Shown here in pieces: positions 11,501 through 20,404 of a stretch of DNA of 64,000 bases. The notes below the pieces were generated by a model. The model ran no database searches, was not told where the DNA came from, and saw only the letters and a list, made by a program, of their open reading frames with translations. How positions within the stretch are numbered: position 1 is the first letter of the stretch; each line of letters opens with the position of its first letter. The stretch covers positions 30,944-94,943 of the forward strand of contig CALWOF010000002.1 of NCBI GenBank assembly GCA_944382995.1. Direction: 5' to 3'. The DNA is from an uncultured Oscillospiraceae bacterium (GTDB lineage: Bacteria; Bacillota; Clostridia; Oscillospirales; Oscillospiraceae). The translations under genes and the position numbers were made by a program.

Positions 11501-12099
11501 AGCGCCTCCATATCCACCAGGGGCCGCAGGTCCTCGTAGTCCAGGGCCTCGATTTTCTGGATCTCATGGGAGGTGCGGAAGCCGTCGAAGAAATGGAGGA
11601 AGGGCATCCGGCAGTGGATGGCCGCCAGATGGGCCACCGCGCCCAGGTCCATCACCTCCTGGGGGGAGGAGGACGCCAGCAGGGAGAAGCCGGTCTGCCG
11701 GACCCCCATCACGTCGGAGTGGTCCCCGAAGATGGACAGGGCATGGGCGGACAGCGTCCGGGCGGAGACGTGGAACACCCCCGGCAGCATCTCACCGGCG
11801 ATCTTGTACATGTTGGGGATCATCAGCAGCAGGCCCTGAGAGGCGGTGTAGGTGGTGGTCAGGGCGCCGGACTGGAGGGAGCCGTGGACCGTGCCGGCGG
11901 CGCCGCCCTCGGACTGCATCTCCACCACCTGGACCGGCTGGCCGAACAGGTTCTTCTTTCCGTTGGCGGCCCACTCGTCCACATGCTCCGCCATGGGTGA
12001 TGACGGCGTGATGGGGAAGATCCCCGCCACCTCCGTGAACGCGTAGGAGATATACGCGGCGGCTTGATTGCCGTCCATAATCTCGATCTTCTTTGCCAT
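8596..12099 (-). CDS. nifJ: pyruvate:ferredoxin (flavodoxin) oxidoreductase
   Basis: DGNQAAA, IFPITPSSPM, EMQSEGGAAG, two CxxCxxCxxxC ferredoxin motifs, FSGACAGCGETPY, GGDGWAYDIG. Confidence 0.97.
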   Translation of the reverse strand: MAKKIEIMDGNQAAAYISYAFTEVAGIFPITPSSPMAEHVDEWAANGKKNLFGQPVQVVEMQSEGGAAGTVHGSLQSGALTTTYTASQGLLLMIPNMYKIAGEMLPGVFHVSARTLSAHALSIFGDHSDVMGVRQTGFSLLASSSPQEVMDLGAVAHLAAIHCRMPFLHFFDGFRTSHEIQKIEALDYEDLRPLVDMEALKAFRAHSLNPEHPATRGTTVNPDIFFQCREACNGKFASIPDAVEHYMQEINRLTGRNYRLFEYYGAPDAERVIILMGSAAETAKEAVDYLTAKGEKVGLVNVHLYRPFSAEHLLSAIPQTCRKIAVLDRTKEPGAMGEPLYQDVCTVYQSSGIPMTIVGGRYGLSSKDTTPAQLLAVFKNLKAETPKHNFTVGIVDDVTNTSLPVPAEIDTAPTGQTSAEFWGMGSDGTVGANKNSIKIIGHATDLYCQAYFVYDSKKSGGLTQSHLRFGKAPIRSPYLIPAADFVACHTPSYVHKYDMVKNLKEGGTFLLNCSWDEAGLEQNLPASMKRALAEKHARLYTIDAIAIARRLGLGNRTNTILQASFFTLSGVIPMEQAVAEMKDAIYKTYYKKKGQAVVDMNNASIDHGINELHEVKIPESWLNAQDEPADSTDPAFIQDVVAVMNRQEGDVLPVSTMVRYGLEDGTWPAGTSKYEKRGAAVEVPEWDAAKCIQCNQCSLVCPHAAIRPILLDEKEEAGKPAGFETVPARGMNGKYTYRIQVSPYDCTGCGSCVNVCLAKETALTMRPLESQLKEAENWTYGVETVEIKGDAVSDKNVKASQFAKPYFEFSGACAGCGETPYIKLVTQLFGDRMYITNASGCSSAYGGSTPSSPYCTDKRGFGPAWAMSLFEDNAEYAYGYLLGQDAVKRQLTEHVQALAESGIAVDACYAYLEKRDDPAFSRQVSDALLAAIEDDPSDAAVFIRQNREYLTKKSVWAFGGDGWAYDIGYGGLDHVLASGRDINVLVLDTEVYSNTGGQSSKATAAGAIAKFSAGGKVTKKKDLGLMAMSYGYVYVAQVAMGADPAQTLRAIREAESYNGPSIVICYCPCIEHGMKASMGLSQLEEKKAVECGYWHLYRYDPRLKAEGKNPFTLDSKAPTGDFQQFLLGENRYASLKLSFPEKARELYEKAASDARERYESYRNLAEK

Positions 12100-12163
12100 G
12101 AGAATTCCCCCTTTTCCCGCACCGGCCCTCAGAGAAAAGCGGCCCCGCCGGAGCGCGGATCTA

Positions 12164-12201
12164 ATTGCATTCAATATATTATATTGCATGCAATATGTCA
12201 A
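12164..12201 (-). promoter_or_regulatory. nifJ promoter overlapped by tandem palindromic operators (putative GntR sites)
   Basis: minus-strand TTGACA (12196-12201)-17-TATATT (12173-12178); ATTGCATTCAAT (12164-12175) and perfect palindrome ATATTGCATGCAATAT (12181-12196). Confidence 0.7.
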
Positions 12202-12343
12202 TATAGCCGCGATTTTTCGTGAGAACGTTCAATTTCTTCCCATTTTTTTGTATATCCTCTCCCCCGCCCCCGGCGGGAAAAGAGATTGACCTGCATGTCC
12301 GGTCTGTTATATAGTATATTCATATCCCAGAAGCACGCAGGAG

Positions 12344-13051
12344 GTGGTCCCCATCAGCAGCCAGAGCGACATTGCCTATCGGCAGATCAAGGAGATGATC
12401 TTTCATCTGGAGCTGCTGCCCGGCACGCGGGTCCCGGAGCTGCAGATCGCGGCCAAGCTGTCCATCAGCCGGACACCGATCCACGATGCCCTGCGGCGCC
12501 TGGCGGCGGAGGGGCTTGTGGTCATCGGCCCGCACCGGGGCGCCACGGTGACCTGCTTTTCCGAGGCCGAGATCCGGGAGATCGGCGCGATCCGGATGTT
12601 CCAGGATATCCTGGCCGCCCAGCTGGCCGCGTATTACGGCAGCGCCTCGGATTTTGCGCGGCTGGACAGCCTTGCCGACGCCTGCGAGGAGGCTGCCGCC
12701 CGGGGCGATGTCTACGGCCGCATCCGGCTGGACATCGAGTTCCATATGGCGATCTCGGAGATCTCGGGGAACTCCCACCTGGTCAGACAGCAGTACGAGA
12801 TCTACCAGCAGATCCATCTGATCCACATCTCCCAGTACAAGGATATCCGGCACAGCCTGATGCAGATCCACCATCACCGTCCCCTGATCGCGGCGATCCG
12901 CAGCGGGGACCTGTCCGGGATCCGGACTCTGATTTGCCAGCATGTGAAGGATTTCTACCACATAGACCCATATCTCATCCGCTGCTGTCTCAGCGACCAG
13001 GGGCCCCTGCCGCCGGAAGGCGCCGCCATCGGACCGGACCAGGGTGCCTGA
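12344..13051 (+). CDS. GntR family (FCD domain) transcriptional regulator
   Basis: AYRQIKEMIFHLELLPG...LSISRTPIHDAL wHTH; LDIEFH..I...SGN FCD; start uncertain. Confidence 0.9.
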   Translation: MVPISSQSDIAYRQIKEMIFHLELLPGTRVPELQIAAKLSISRTPIHDALRRLAAEGLVVIGPHRGATVTCFSEAEIREIGAIRMFQDILAAQLAAYYGSASDFARLDSLADACEEAAARGDVYGRIRLDIEFHMAISEISGNSHLVRQQYEIYQQIHLIHISQYKDIRHSLMQIHHHRPLIAAIRSGDLSGIRTLICQHVKDFYHIDPYLIRCCLSDQGPLPPEGAAIGPDQGA

Positions 13052-13150
13052 GCGCAGGCACCGCCCAGGACACACGAGAGACCGGGCCCCGGAGCTTTTG
13101 CTCCAGGACCCGGTGTTTTTCCTTCTTCGTATCGCAGCGGCCGGCTGATC

Positions 13151-13975
13151 TCAGTACATCTCCGTGATCTTCCCGTAGGTCTCCACCCGGCGGTCCTGCA
13201 GATACGGCACATCCGTCGCGCGATGGTATGCCACGTCGTCCAGATCCACCGTATGCACCAGCAGATGCTCCTTATCCACGGGGGCTTCCGCCAGCAGATG
13301 GCCCCGGAAGTCGTAGATCTTGTTGTCGCCGAACATATGGCAGTCATCCTCCGTGCCCACCCGGTTGATCCCCGCCACGAAGCAGCAGTTCTCCAGGGAA
13401 CGGGAGGCGAAATAGATGTCCCACATATCCTTGTCCCGGATGGGGAAGGCGCTGGGACAGAGGATCAGCTCCGCGCCGGACAGGGCCAGGATGCGGGAGA
13501 CCTCCGGGAAGCCGCCGTCATAGCAGATCATGAGGCCCACCCTGCCGAAGTCCATGTCGAATACCGGATACCGGTCGCCCGCCCGGAACCAGAACCGCTC
13601 ACCGGCCCACAGATGGGTCTTGTTGTAGGTGCCCATCAGCTCGCCGTCCCGGGAGATGACGATCAGCCCGTTGTAGAGGATCCCGGGGATCTTGCTGTTG
13701 AGCACGATCGGCGCCACGATGTACATCCGATGCTCCCGGGCCAGGGCAGCCAGGCGGGTGAAGGTGGGGCCGTCCGGGTCCTCCGCCACCTCAATGTACT
13801 TCGGTCCGATGATGGAGGGGCTGTAGCCGGTGGAGAACATCTCCGGGAAGCAGATGATGTCCACATGCTGCTCCGCCGCCTGGCGGATGAACGCCTCAGC
13901 CTTCCGCAGGTTGGCCTCCTTGTCCAGCATCACGCAGTCCATCTGCACCAGACCGATCGTCACATTTCTGCTCAT
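13151..13975 (-). CDS. carbon-nitrogen hydrolase (nitrilase superfamily amidase/carbamoylase)
   Basis: Glu-Lys-Cys triad: FPEM, YNKTHL, ICYD. Confidence 0.92.
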   Translation of the reverse strand: MSRNVTIGLVQMDCVMLDKEANLRKAEAFIRQAAEQHVDIICFPEMFSTGYSPSIIGPKYIEVAEDPDGPTFTRLAALAREHRMYIVAPIVLNSKIPGILYNGLIVISRDGELMGTYNKTHLWAGERFWFRAGDRYPVFDMDFGRVGLMICYDGGFPEVSRILALSGAELILCPSAFPIRDKDMWDIYFASRSLENCCFVAGINRVGTEDDCHMFGDNKIYDFRGHLLAEAPVDKEHLLVHTVDLDDVAYHRATDVPYLQDRRVETYGKITEMY

Positions 13976-14061
13976 AACAGTCTCCTTTCTGATTCTCTCA
14001 GGGACCGGGCCGCGCCGCCGCGGGAGCGCCGGTCCCTTTCCCGCGCGCCCTTTTCCGGGCT

Positions 14062-15369
14062 CTAGCGGATCGTGTATGTCTCCTCCCCTGTCTCGCACAG
14101 CGAGGATGCGAACAGCGTCCTGGCCAGCGCCGTCAGATCCGCCGTATCCCCGCAGCCGCAGGTCTCATAGGGCGCGTGCATGGCCAGCTGGGCGATGCCC
14201 ACGTCCGCGGACCGGACGGCCACGTGCCGGACAGAGATATTTCCCAGGGTCGTTCCGCCCGGGATATCCGAGTGATTTGCAAAGGTCTGCAGCCGGATCC
14301 CCGCCTTTTCCGCCAGGACCCGGGCGATCGCTCCGGAGGCCCCGTCGGTGGTGTACTTCTGGCTGCCGCTGTATTTCAGAACCACACCGCCGCCCAGACG
14401 GGGTCGGTTCACCGGGTCGCACTTGTCCGGATAGTTGGGGTGCATGGCGTGGGCGTTGTCCGCGGAGAGCAGGAAGCTCTGGGACAGCTTTTCCAGATAG
14501 GTCCGCTCATCCAGTCCCAGTCCCGCCGTGATCCGGCGGAGGGTGTCCGCCAGCAGTGTGGAGTCCGCGCCCTGCCGGGTGGAGGAGCCGATCTCCTCGT
14601 TGTCGAACACCACGTGGACCGGAAGGCTCTCACCGCCTTCGCTCTCCAGGAAGCCGGTCAGAGAGGCGAACGCGCACTGGGTGTCATCCAGCCGGGGACT
14701 GGAGAGGAATTCCCGCTCTGCTCCCCAGATGCTGGGGGCCTGCCGGTCATAGACAAAGAGGTCATGGTCCAGCACGTCCGCCGGGTCCGCACCGGCCTCC
14801 CGGGCCAGCAGAGCTGTCAGGTCCCGGGCCTCCGCCCCTCCGTAAAGCGGCAGCAGGTCCCGCTGGACCCGGTACTCATACCCGGCGTTGACCTCCCGGT
14901 TCATGTGGATGGCCAGGCTCGGGATCAGCACCAGATCCCGTCCCGCGTCCACCAGGCAGGGCCGCACGCCCTCCGCAGTCCGCAGGAACAGCCGGCCCGC
15001 CACGGACAGGGGGCGGTCGAACCACGGCGCCAGGAGCGCACCGCCGTACAGCTCCACGTTCAGCTTTCTGTACGTCCCCTCCACGGTGATCTCCGGGTGT
15101 TCCTTGACCTTCAGCGCCGGAGAATCGCTGTGGCTGGCCATGATCATAAAGCCCCGGAACGGCCCCTCCGGCACCCGGAAGGCCGCGATGGAGGAGCCGT
15201 TCCGTGTGAGGAAGTATTTCCCGCCCGGGCGGAGCTCCCACGCCTCGCTCTCCAGCAGCTGGGTGTATCCGGCTGCCAGGAGCCGCTGTTTCTGCCCGGC
15301 GATCATGTGGTACACGCTGGGGCTGTTTTGGATAAAGTCCAGAAGTTCCTTGTCGTACGCTCGTTCCAT
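14062..15369 (-). CDS. M18 family (aspartyl) aminopeptidase
   Basis: SHSDSP, WFDRPLSVAGR, RLDD, DNEEIGS, SADNAHAMHPN, LAMH. Confidence 0.92.
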   Translation of the reverse strand: MERAYDKELLDFIQNSPSVYHMIAGQKQRLLAAGYTQLLESEAWELRPGGKYFLTRNGSSIAAFRVPEGPFRGFMIMASHSDSPALKVKEHPEITVEGTYRKLNVELYGGALLAPWFDRPLSVAGRLFLRTAEGVRPCLVDAGRDLVLIPSLAIHMNREVNAGYEYRVQRDLLPLYGGAEARDLTALLAREAGADPADVLDHDLFVYDRQAPSIWGAEREFLSSPRLDDTQCAFASLTGFLESEGGESLPVHVVFDNEEIGSSTRQGADSTLLADTLRRITAGLGLDERTYLEKLSQSFLLSADNAHAMHPNYPDKCDPVNRPRLGGGVVLKYSGSQKYTTDGASGAIARVLAEKAGIRLQTFANHSDIPGGTTLGNISVRHVAVRSADVGIAQLAMHAPYETCGCGDTADLTALARTLFASSLCETGEETYTIR

Positions 15370-15445
15370 GGTCCCATGCTCCTTTGTTCCGGAGCCGGCG
15401 TCCCTGCGCCGGCCCATAGTGTGGCGGGCTCCGCCGGAGCACCAG

Positions 15446-16111
15446 TCAGACGATCTCCGACAGGACTCGGGCCGCGATGGTCCTGGAGAGGATCACCGGC
15501 CTGGAGATCGCCTCCGCGGCAAAGTCTCGCATCTTTTTACTATACCCGAAACAGTCCATCACTGCAAGGTCCACCCGGGCCTCCCGCAGCCGGTCCGCCG
15601 CCTCCCGGGAGCGCTCCTCATGGTAAGGGTTCCAGAGCACCGGCACCACCTCGGGGACGATCCGCTCCCATTTCCGCCGGATGTCCCGGATCTGGTCCGC
15701 CTCCGGGGTGATGACTCCCAGGCGGGTCACGTTGTCCAGTCCGGCCACCAGGCCGCAGATCACCTTGCTGGGGTAGATCAGAGGGACGGAGGCGCGGAAC
15801 CCCTCCGGAAACTCCCCCGTGCACATCAGCAAAATGGCACGGACCCCCTGCTCCTCCAGCTCCAGGATCCGCTGCTGCAGGAGGGGGAGGATCTTCTGCT
15901 CCTGCAGGATGACGCCGGTGCCGTCCCGGAGGCGGCTCACCAGGGTGTTCCCGGTCCCGTCGGGGCGCAGCGCCTCGATCTCAGCCGCCGTGAGGCCATC
16001 CAGCGCGCCGGCCTGCACCAGCGTCAGCTCGTTCCCCAGGATGTCTCCGATGTCCTCCATGACGTCCGTTCTCGGCGCCTGGCCGATGGTGATCGCGCCG
16101 ACCCGCTTCAT
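15446..16111 (-). CDS. AroM family protein
   Basis: TIGQAPRTDV, GALDGL, LVSRLRDG, LMCTGEF, MDCFGY. Confidence 0.85.
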   Translation of the reverse strand: MKRVGAITIGQAPRTDVMEDIGDILGNELTLVQAGALDGLTAAEIEALRPDGTGNTLVSRLRDGTGVILQEQKILPLLQQRILELEEQGVRAILLMCTGEFPEGFRASVPLIYPSKVICGLVAGLDNVTRLGVITPEADQIRDIRRKWERIVPEVVPVLWNPYHEERSREAADRLREARVDLAVMDCFGYSKKMRDFAAEAISRPVILSRTIAARVLSEIV

Positions 16112-17049
16112 ACCGCATCTGCCCCCAGCGTCATCAGGCGGTCCATCCTGCCGTATCTGGCCTGCAGCCGGCAGAACTCCTCCTCGTCGTAAAAGCGGCA
16201 CGTCCCCGCGCCGAAGGCCTTGGCCACCTCCAGGGCAAATCTGGCCGTCTCCTCCACATCCACAAAGTGAGTGGCCCCGGTGGCGCAGCCGGCCACCATC
16301 TGCTCCGTGGTCACCGCCACGCCGATCACCGGCGCACGTGTCGCCGTAGCCGGCTGGAGGATGCTGTTGAGGTGATAGACCCCGTTTCCGTAAGGGGTGA
16401 TATCCTGCATGGAGACGCCGAATGTGTGGGGCGCCTTCCCTGTGGTCCGCCGCATCACGTTCAGCACATCCTCGCTGTACCGGAGGATATACCCCTCTTT
16501 CACCGTCTGGGAGACCGCAAACCCGTTGACATTGATGATGCCGTTGCCCTTTGTGGTGTCGATGGACAGCACCGCATCCATGGCGGGGTCCACCTCCTCT
16601 CGATTCATGGTGGCCATATCCACGGGAGAGCCCATGAAGGGCACCGGCTCATGGGGCTGGGTGGGCGCATGGGGGCAGATCTGGGTGCAGAGGATCACGT
16701 CTCCCTCCAGGCTGTCCCCCCGGGCCTTCATGTCCAGCAGTTTGGCGGCCACGGCCAGTGCGCACAGCGCGCCGTCCCCGTCGGAGACGAAGCCCGTCAC
16801 CTCCGGCCGGGCGCCGATACCGCCCAGACGGCCCACGATGCCCAGGGTGGGCGCCGTCCCGCCGGCAAGCTTTCCGGCCCGGCCGGCCACGGCGATCCGG
16901 ATGAAATCCGTGGAATTGTCCCCGTCCCGGATGGTCCGCACGGTGATCTCCGCCGGCCCTCTGCGCTCCAGCTCCCGGGCGACCTCACCGCCGGAGGCAG
17001 CCGGGCTGTCCAGCAGTTCGAACATCTCCATCACTTGCTTGATCAGCAT
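16108..17049 (-). CDS. DUF1177 family protein
   Basis: GRLGGIGARP..GFVSDGDGA, PHEPVPFMGSP, SIDTTKGN, DITPYGNGVYHLNSILQP. Confidence 0.85.
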   Translation of the reverse strand: MLIKQVMEMFELLDSPAASGGEVARELERRGPAEITVRTIRDGDNSTDFIRIAVAGRAGKLAGGTAPTLGIVGRLGGIGARPEVTGFVSDGDGALCALAVAAKLLDMKARGDSLEGDVILCTQICPHAPTQPHEPVPFMGSPVDMATMNREEVDPAMDAVLSIDTTKGNGIINVNGFAVSQTVKEGYILRYSEDVLNVMRRTTGKAPHTFGVSMQDITPYGNGVYHLNSILQPATATRAPVIGVAVTTEQMVAGCATGATHFVDVEETARFALEVAKAFGAGTCRFYDEEEFCRLQARYGRMDRLMTLGADAV

Positions 17050-17071
17050 ATCTATCTCCTATTTCTTTCTG

Positions 17072-17725
17072 TTATAACGCATTTTTCACGGTGACGTAAT
17101 AGGCGAACAGCCCCTCTGCCGTCACCGGGTCCACCACCGGGATCCCGCAGGCCCTGCGCAGGTCCTCGGCGATCCGGATCGTGCTCATGCCGGTGCACGC
17201 CAGCGCCAGGCAGTCCGCTCCGTGCGCCTTGAGTTCAAGGGCTTTCCGGATCACCGCCTCCCGCCCTGCGCCGGTCATCAGATCCAGCGTGCAGGTGACG
17301 TGCTCCGGCCGGCCCAGGTGGATCAGGGACTCCCCCAGCATCGCCCGGTAGGGTCTGGGGACCTCCTCCATGATGCCCAGAACGCCCGGATGTCTGCCGA
17401 GCACCCTGGCCACCGCGCAGACCGCGGCGCCGGCGCCGATCACAGGGATATCCAGCTCCCGGCGGAGCTCCTCCACCGCCGGATCCCCGCAGCAGCTGAC
17501 CACCAGCGCATCCACGCCCCGGAGCTTCCGGGCAATCTCCAGGATCTTGGGCACCGCGGCGGCCTCTGTCTCCGGGCTGCATACGCCCCTGGGCTGGTCC
17601 GGGATGCACACCGACACGGTGTGCAGTCCCGGAAATGCCGCCTCCATCAGCTCTCCGTGGAGCCGGAGAAGTCCGGGGTCCTCCAGGGTCACCACCCGGA
17701 TCACGGCAGCTGTCCGCTCCCTCAT
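17072..17725 (-). CDS. Asp/Glu/hydantoin racemase family protein
   Basis: two-cysteine motifs SCCGDP and LACTGM; IPVVDP. Confidence 0.85.
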   Translation of the reverse strand: MRERTAAVIRVVTLEDPGLLRLHGELMEAAFPGLHTVSVCIPDQPRGVCSPETEAAAVPKILEIARKLRGVDALVVSCCGDPAVEELRRELDIPVIGAGAAVCAVARVLGRHPGVLGIMEEVPRPYRAMLGESLIHLGRPEHVTCTLDLMTGAGREAVIRKALELKAHGADCLALACTGMSTIRIAEDLRRACGIPVVDPVTAEGLFAYYVTVKNAL

Positions 17726-19083
17726 GCGGCCCGCCCCGTCTTCCGGCCCATCAGCCTGTTGACGATGAGGACCACCACCACGGAGCAGGCCATGGCCACC
17801 AGGGCCGTGGGCACCACCGTGGAGAACTGTACCATGAAGGGCACGCCGAAGCCGACAGGCGGCTCGTTCATGCAGAAGCCCACGAGGCAGCCGACAAGTG
17901 CGCCAATACAGGTATCCGCCCTGGCCTTGGGGATCTTGTCCATCAGCTCGAATCTGTAGTTGTCCGCGTTTTTCAGCAGATAGAAGTCCGCCAGCATGGC
18001 CCCCGCGATGGGAGAGACCACAACGCTCAGGATGTTCAGGAAGGGCACCAGCCAGTCGATCATGCCGATAGCGCCCAGGATCGTGGCGATGATGCCGCAG
18101 ATGGCCGTGGTGATCCAGCGGGGCAGCTTCACAATGCCGTGGCAGGCGTTGGTGAGTCCCAGCACGGACTGATAGAGGTTGTTGTCATTGGTGGTCCAGG
18201 TGGCCACCACAATGATGAACGCCGCCACATAGCCGAAGCCCAGCACATTGATGAGCACGTCCGTGAGGTCGTTGGTCTGGAAGGCGCAGGTGAAGATCGC
18301 CCCGCAGATCACGACCGCGGGATAGCCAATGGTGAAGCCCAGGATGATGCCGATGGAGGAGTCCTTGACCGTCTTGGAATACCGGGTGAAGTCCTGCACG
18401 ATGGACACGCCCACGATGAAGCTGCCCACCATCAGCGTGATGGCGGAGGCGAAGGAGATGGGCGCCGCCGGCGGCGCGGAGAACACCTCGCTGGGCGGCA
18501 CCATCATAAAGGTCCGCACCACGCCGAAGATCACCAGGAAGAACAGGAGCGGCACGCCGAACTGAGACAGCGTCTTGATCCCCTTGTAGCCGATGATGGC
18601 GGTGATCATCATCATAAGGCCGCCCACCACGATGCACGCCTTCAGGCTGACCTCGATCCCCGCCGCCATCTTGAACATGCTGGTGACGCTGTTGCCGAAA
18701 AAGGTGCACTGATAGCCGAACCAGCCGAAGTTGCACAGCGCATTGATGAGTCCGAAGACGATCGCGCCGTAAGTCCCGAAGGTGAATCGCGAGGATACGG
18801 TGGACGAGAGGCCGCTTTTGACGCCGATGGTTCCCACCAGGCAGCCCACCACCGTCAAGATCACGCCGCCGATCAGCACCGCCGCCACAGTGGGCCAGAA
18901 GCCGAGCCCCAGGGCGATCTGTCCGCCCAGCGTGAAGGCCGTCAGGCAGAAGCCGACGCCGAGCCAGACAAAGACCTGGTCCTTCCAGGTGTTCTTCTTG
19001 TCATCCGGAACGGGCGAGAACTCATAGTCATTCAGGACCACCTTTTCCTCCGCCTGGACCGCTTCCTTCCGTTTTTCTTCCAT
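17722..19083 (-). CDS. NCS1 family (cytosine permease-like) transporter
   Basis: multi-TM protein; SRFTFGTYG, GWFGYQ, DFTRY, WTTNDNNLY. Confidence 0.88.
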   Translation of the reverse strand: MEEKRKEAVQAEEKVVLNDYEFSPVPDDKKNTWKDQVFVWLGVGFCLTAFTLGGQIALGLGFWPTVAAVLIGGVILTVVGCLVGTIGVKSGLSSTVSSRFTFGTYGAIVFGLINALCNFGWFGYQCTFFGNSVTSMFKMAAGIEVSLKACIVVGGLMMMITAIIGYKGIKTLSQFGVPLLFFLVIFGVVRTFMMVPPSEVFSAPPAAPISFASAITLMVGSFIVGVSIVQDFTRYSKTVKDSSIGIILGFTIGYPAVVICGAIFTCAFQTNDLTDVLINVLGFGYVAAFIIVVATWTTNDNNLYQSVLGLTNACHGIVKLPRWITTAICGIIATILGAIGMIDWLVPFLNILSVVVSPIAGAMLADFYLLKNADNYRFELMDKIPKARADTCIGALVGCLVGFCMNEPPVGFGVPFMVQFSTVVPTALVAMACSVVVVLIVNRLMGRKTGRAA

Positions 19084-19393
19084 TGCATTTCCCCCTTCCC
19101 GGCTCCGCACATGTCCCGCAGCTGCCGCAGGCGGCCCTGTCGTGCGCCCGCTCTGCCGGAATGCCGGTCCGTGTATATTGAATTTATTATAGGGAGCGGT
19201 CCCCTCTCCTGTAAATAGCAAAAAAGCTCATGTCTCCGTGAGCATTTATTCAACCCAAAATCGTCAGATCTGTCAAACAGGGCCGGTGGATTTGTCTGTA
19301 CCTACAGAATTTCAAAATCCATTCCTGTTATATTGACAATTTCCGCCTGCCGGTCCTATGATATCCTTGAACATCTATTCAAGGGGTGATCCC

Positions 19394-20278
19394 ATGTCTT
19401 TTTACTCCTGGAATGTCATCGCCAAGGTGGCCGAGCACCGCGGCATCACCCAGGCGGCCAACCTGCTCAACCTCTCCCCCTCCGCTGTGAGCCACATGGT
19501 CAAAAAAGTGGAGGAGGAGCTGGGCTATCCGCTGTTCCTCCGGGAGCGCGGCGCCCTCACCCTGACGGACAACGGCCGGGCGCTTCTTCCCTATGTCCAG
19601 AATTATCTGAAGGCCGGCTCCGCCCTGCAGGAGGAATCCCAGCGGCTGAAGGACTCTGTGGAGGGCGCCGTCCACATTGCCGCCTACAACAACGTGATCC
19701 GCAACTGGCTGCCCGTCATCCTGAAGCGGTTTCACGAAAAGTACCCCAACATCAGGATCTCCATCCGGCAGTCCAACGACGTGCAGATCAAACAGTGGAT
19801 TGCCGGCGGAGAGATCGACGTGGCCATCGTCTTCAACTCCTACTTCAACGCGCCGTCGTTTATCCCCCTGCACCGGACGCCGGTGGTCTGCTTCACCCCG
19901 GGCGACTATGTCCCCCGCGACGGCGTCTGCATGACCGCCCAGGACCTGCGGGACCTGCCGGTGATCCTGCGGGCGGAGGACTTCGACCAGGAGACGAACG
20001 CCATTCTCTCCGGCGCGGGCATCCCGCTGGACTCCGTGTTCCGCATCGACAACGACGAGTCCTGCTATGAGTTCATCCGCCAGGGGTTCGGATTCCGCAT
20101 CACCGCCGCCATCACCTACCCCCAGGACGACCGGATCCGCCGGTATCCGCTGGAGAACGCCCCCTACCGGACCATCGGCCTCATCACCGCCTTTCCCCAG
20201 TACATCTCCCCGGCTGTGAACCTGTTCCGCAAGGAGACGATCTCCTTCTTTGCGGACAACAATCTGATGAATGTCTGA
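19394..20278 (+). CDS. LysR family transcriptional regulator
   Basis: ITQAANLLNLSPSAVSHMVKKVEEELGYPLF HTH; divergent from the catabolic operon; TTGACA-18-TATGAT at 19333-19362. Confidence 0.93.
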   Translation: MSFYSWNVIAKVAEHRGITQAANLLNLSPSAVSHMVKKVEEELGYPLFLRERGALTLTDNGRALLPYVQNYLKAGSALQEESQRLKDSVEGAVHIAAYNNVIRNWLPVILKRFHEKYPNIRISIRQSNDVQIKQWIAGGEIDVAIVFNSYFNAPSFIPLHRTPVVCFTPGDYVPRDGVCMTAQDLRDLPVILRAEDFDQETNAILSGAGIPLDSVFRIDNDESCYEFIRQGFGFRITAAITYPQDDRIRRYPLENAPYRTIGLITAFPQYISPAVNLFRKETISFFADNNLMNV

Positions 20279-20404
20279 TCGTCCCTGAAAAGGTCCGGGA
20301 GCTCTCCGTTCCGGGCGGATCTGTCACTGTTTTGTTGTTGACTTTTTTCCCCATGGCAGTAAAATGTCAAAAAAGGCAGTCTGTCAAAAAAGGGAGGGAG
20401 CGCG

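Noticed and set aside
8224-12000. 1258-aa plus-strand ORF
   Set aside because: Antisense shadow of PFOR.
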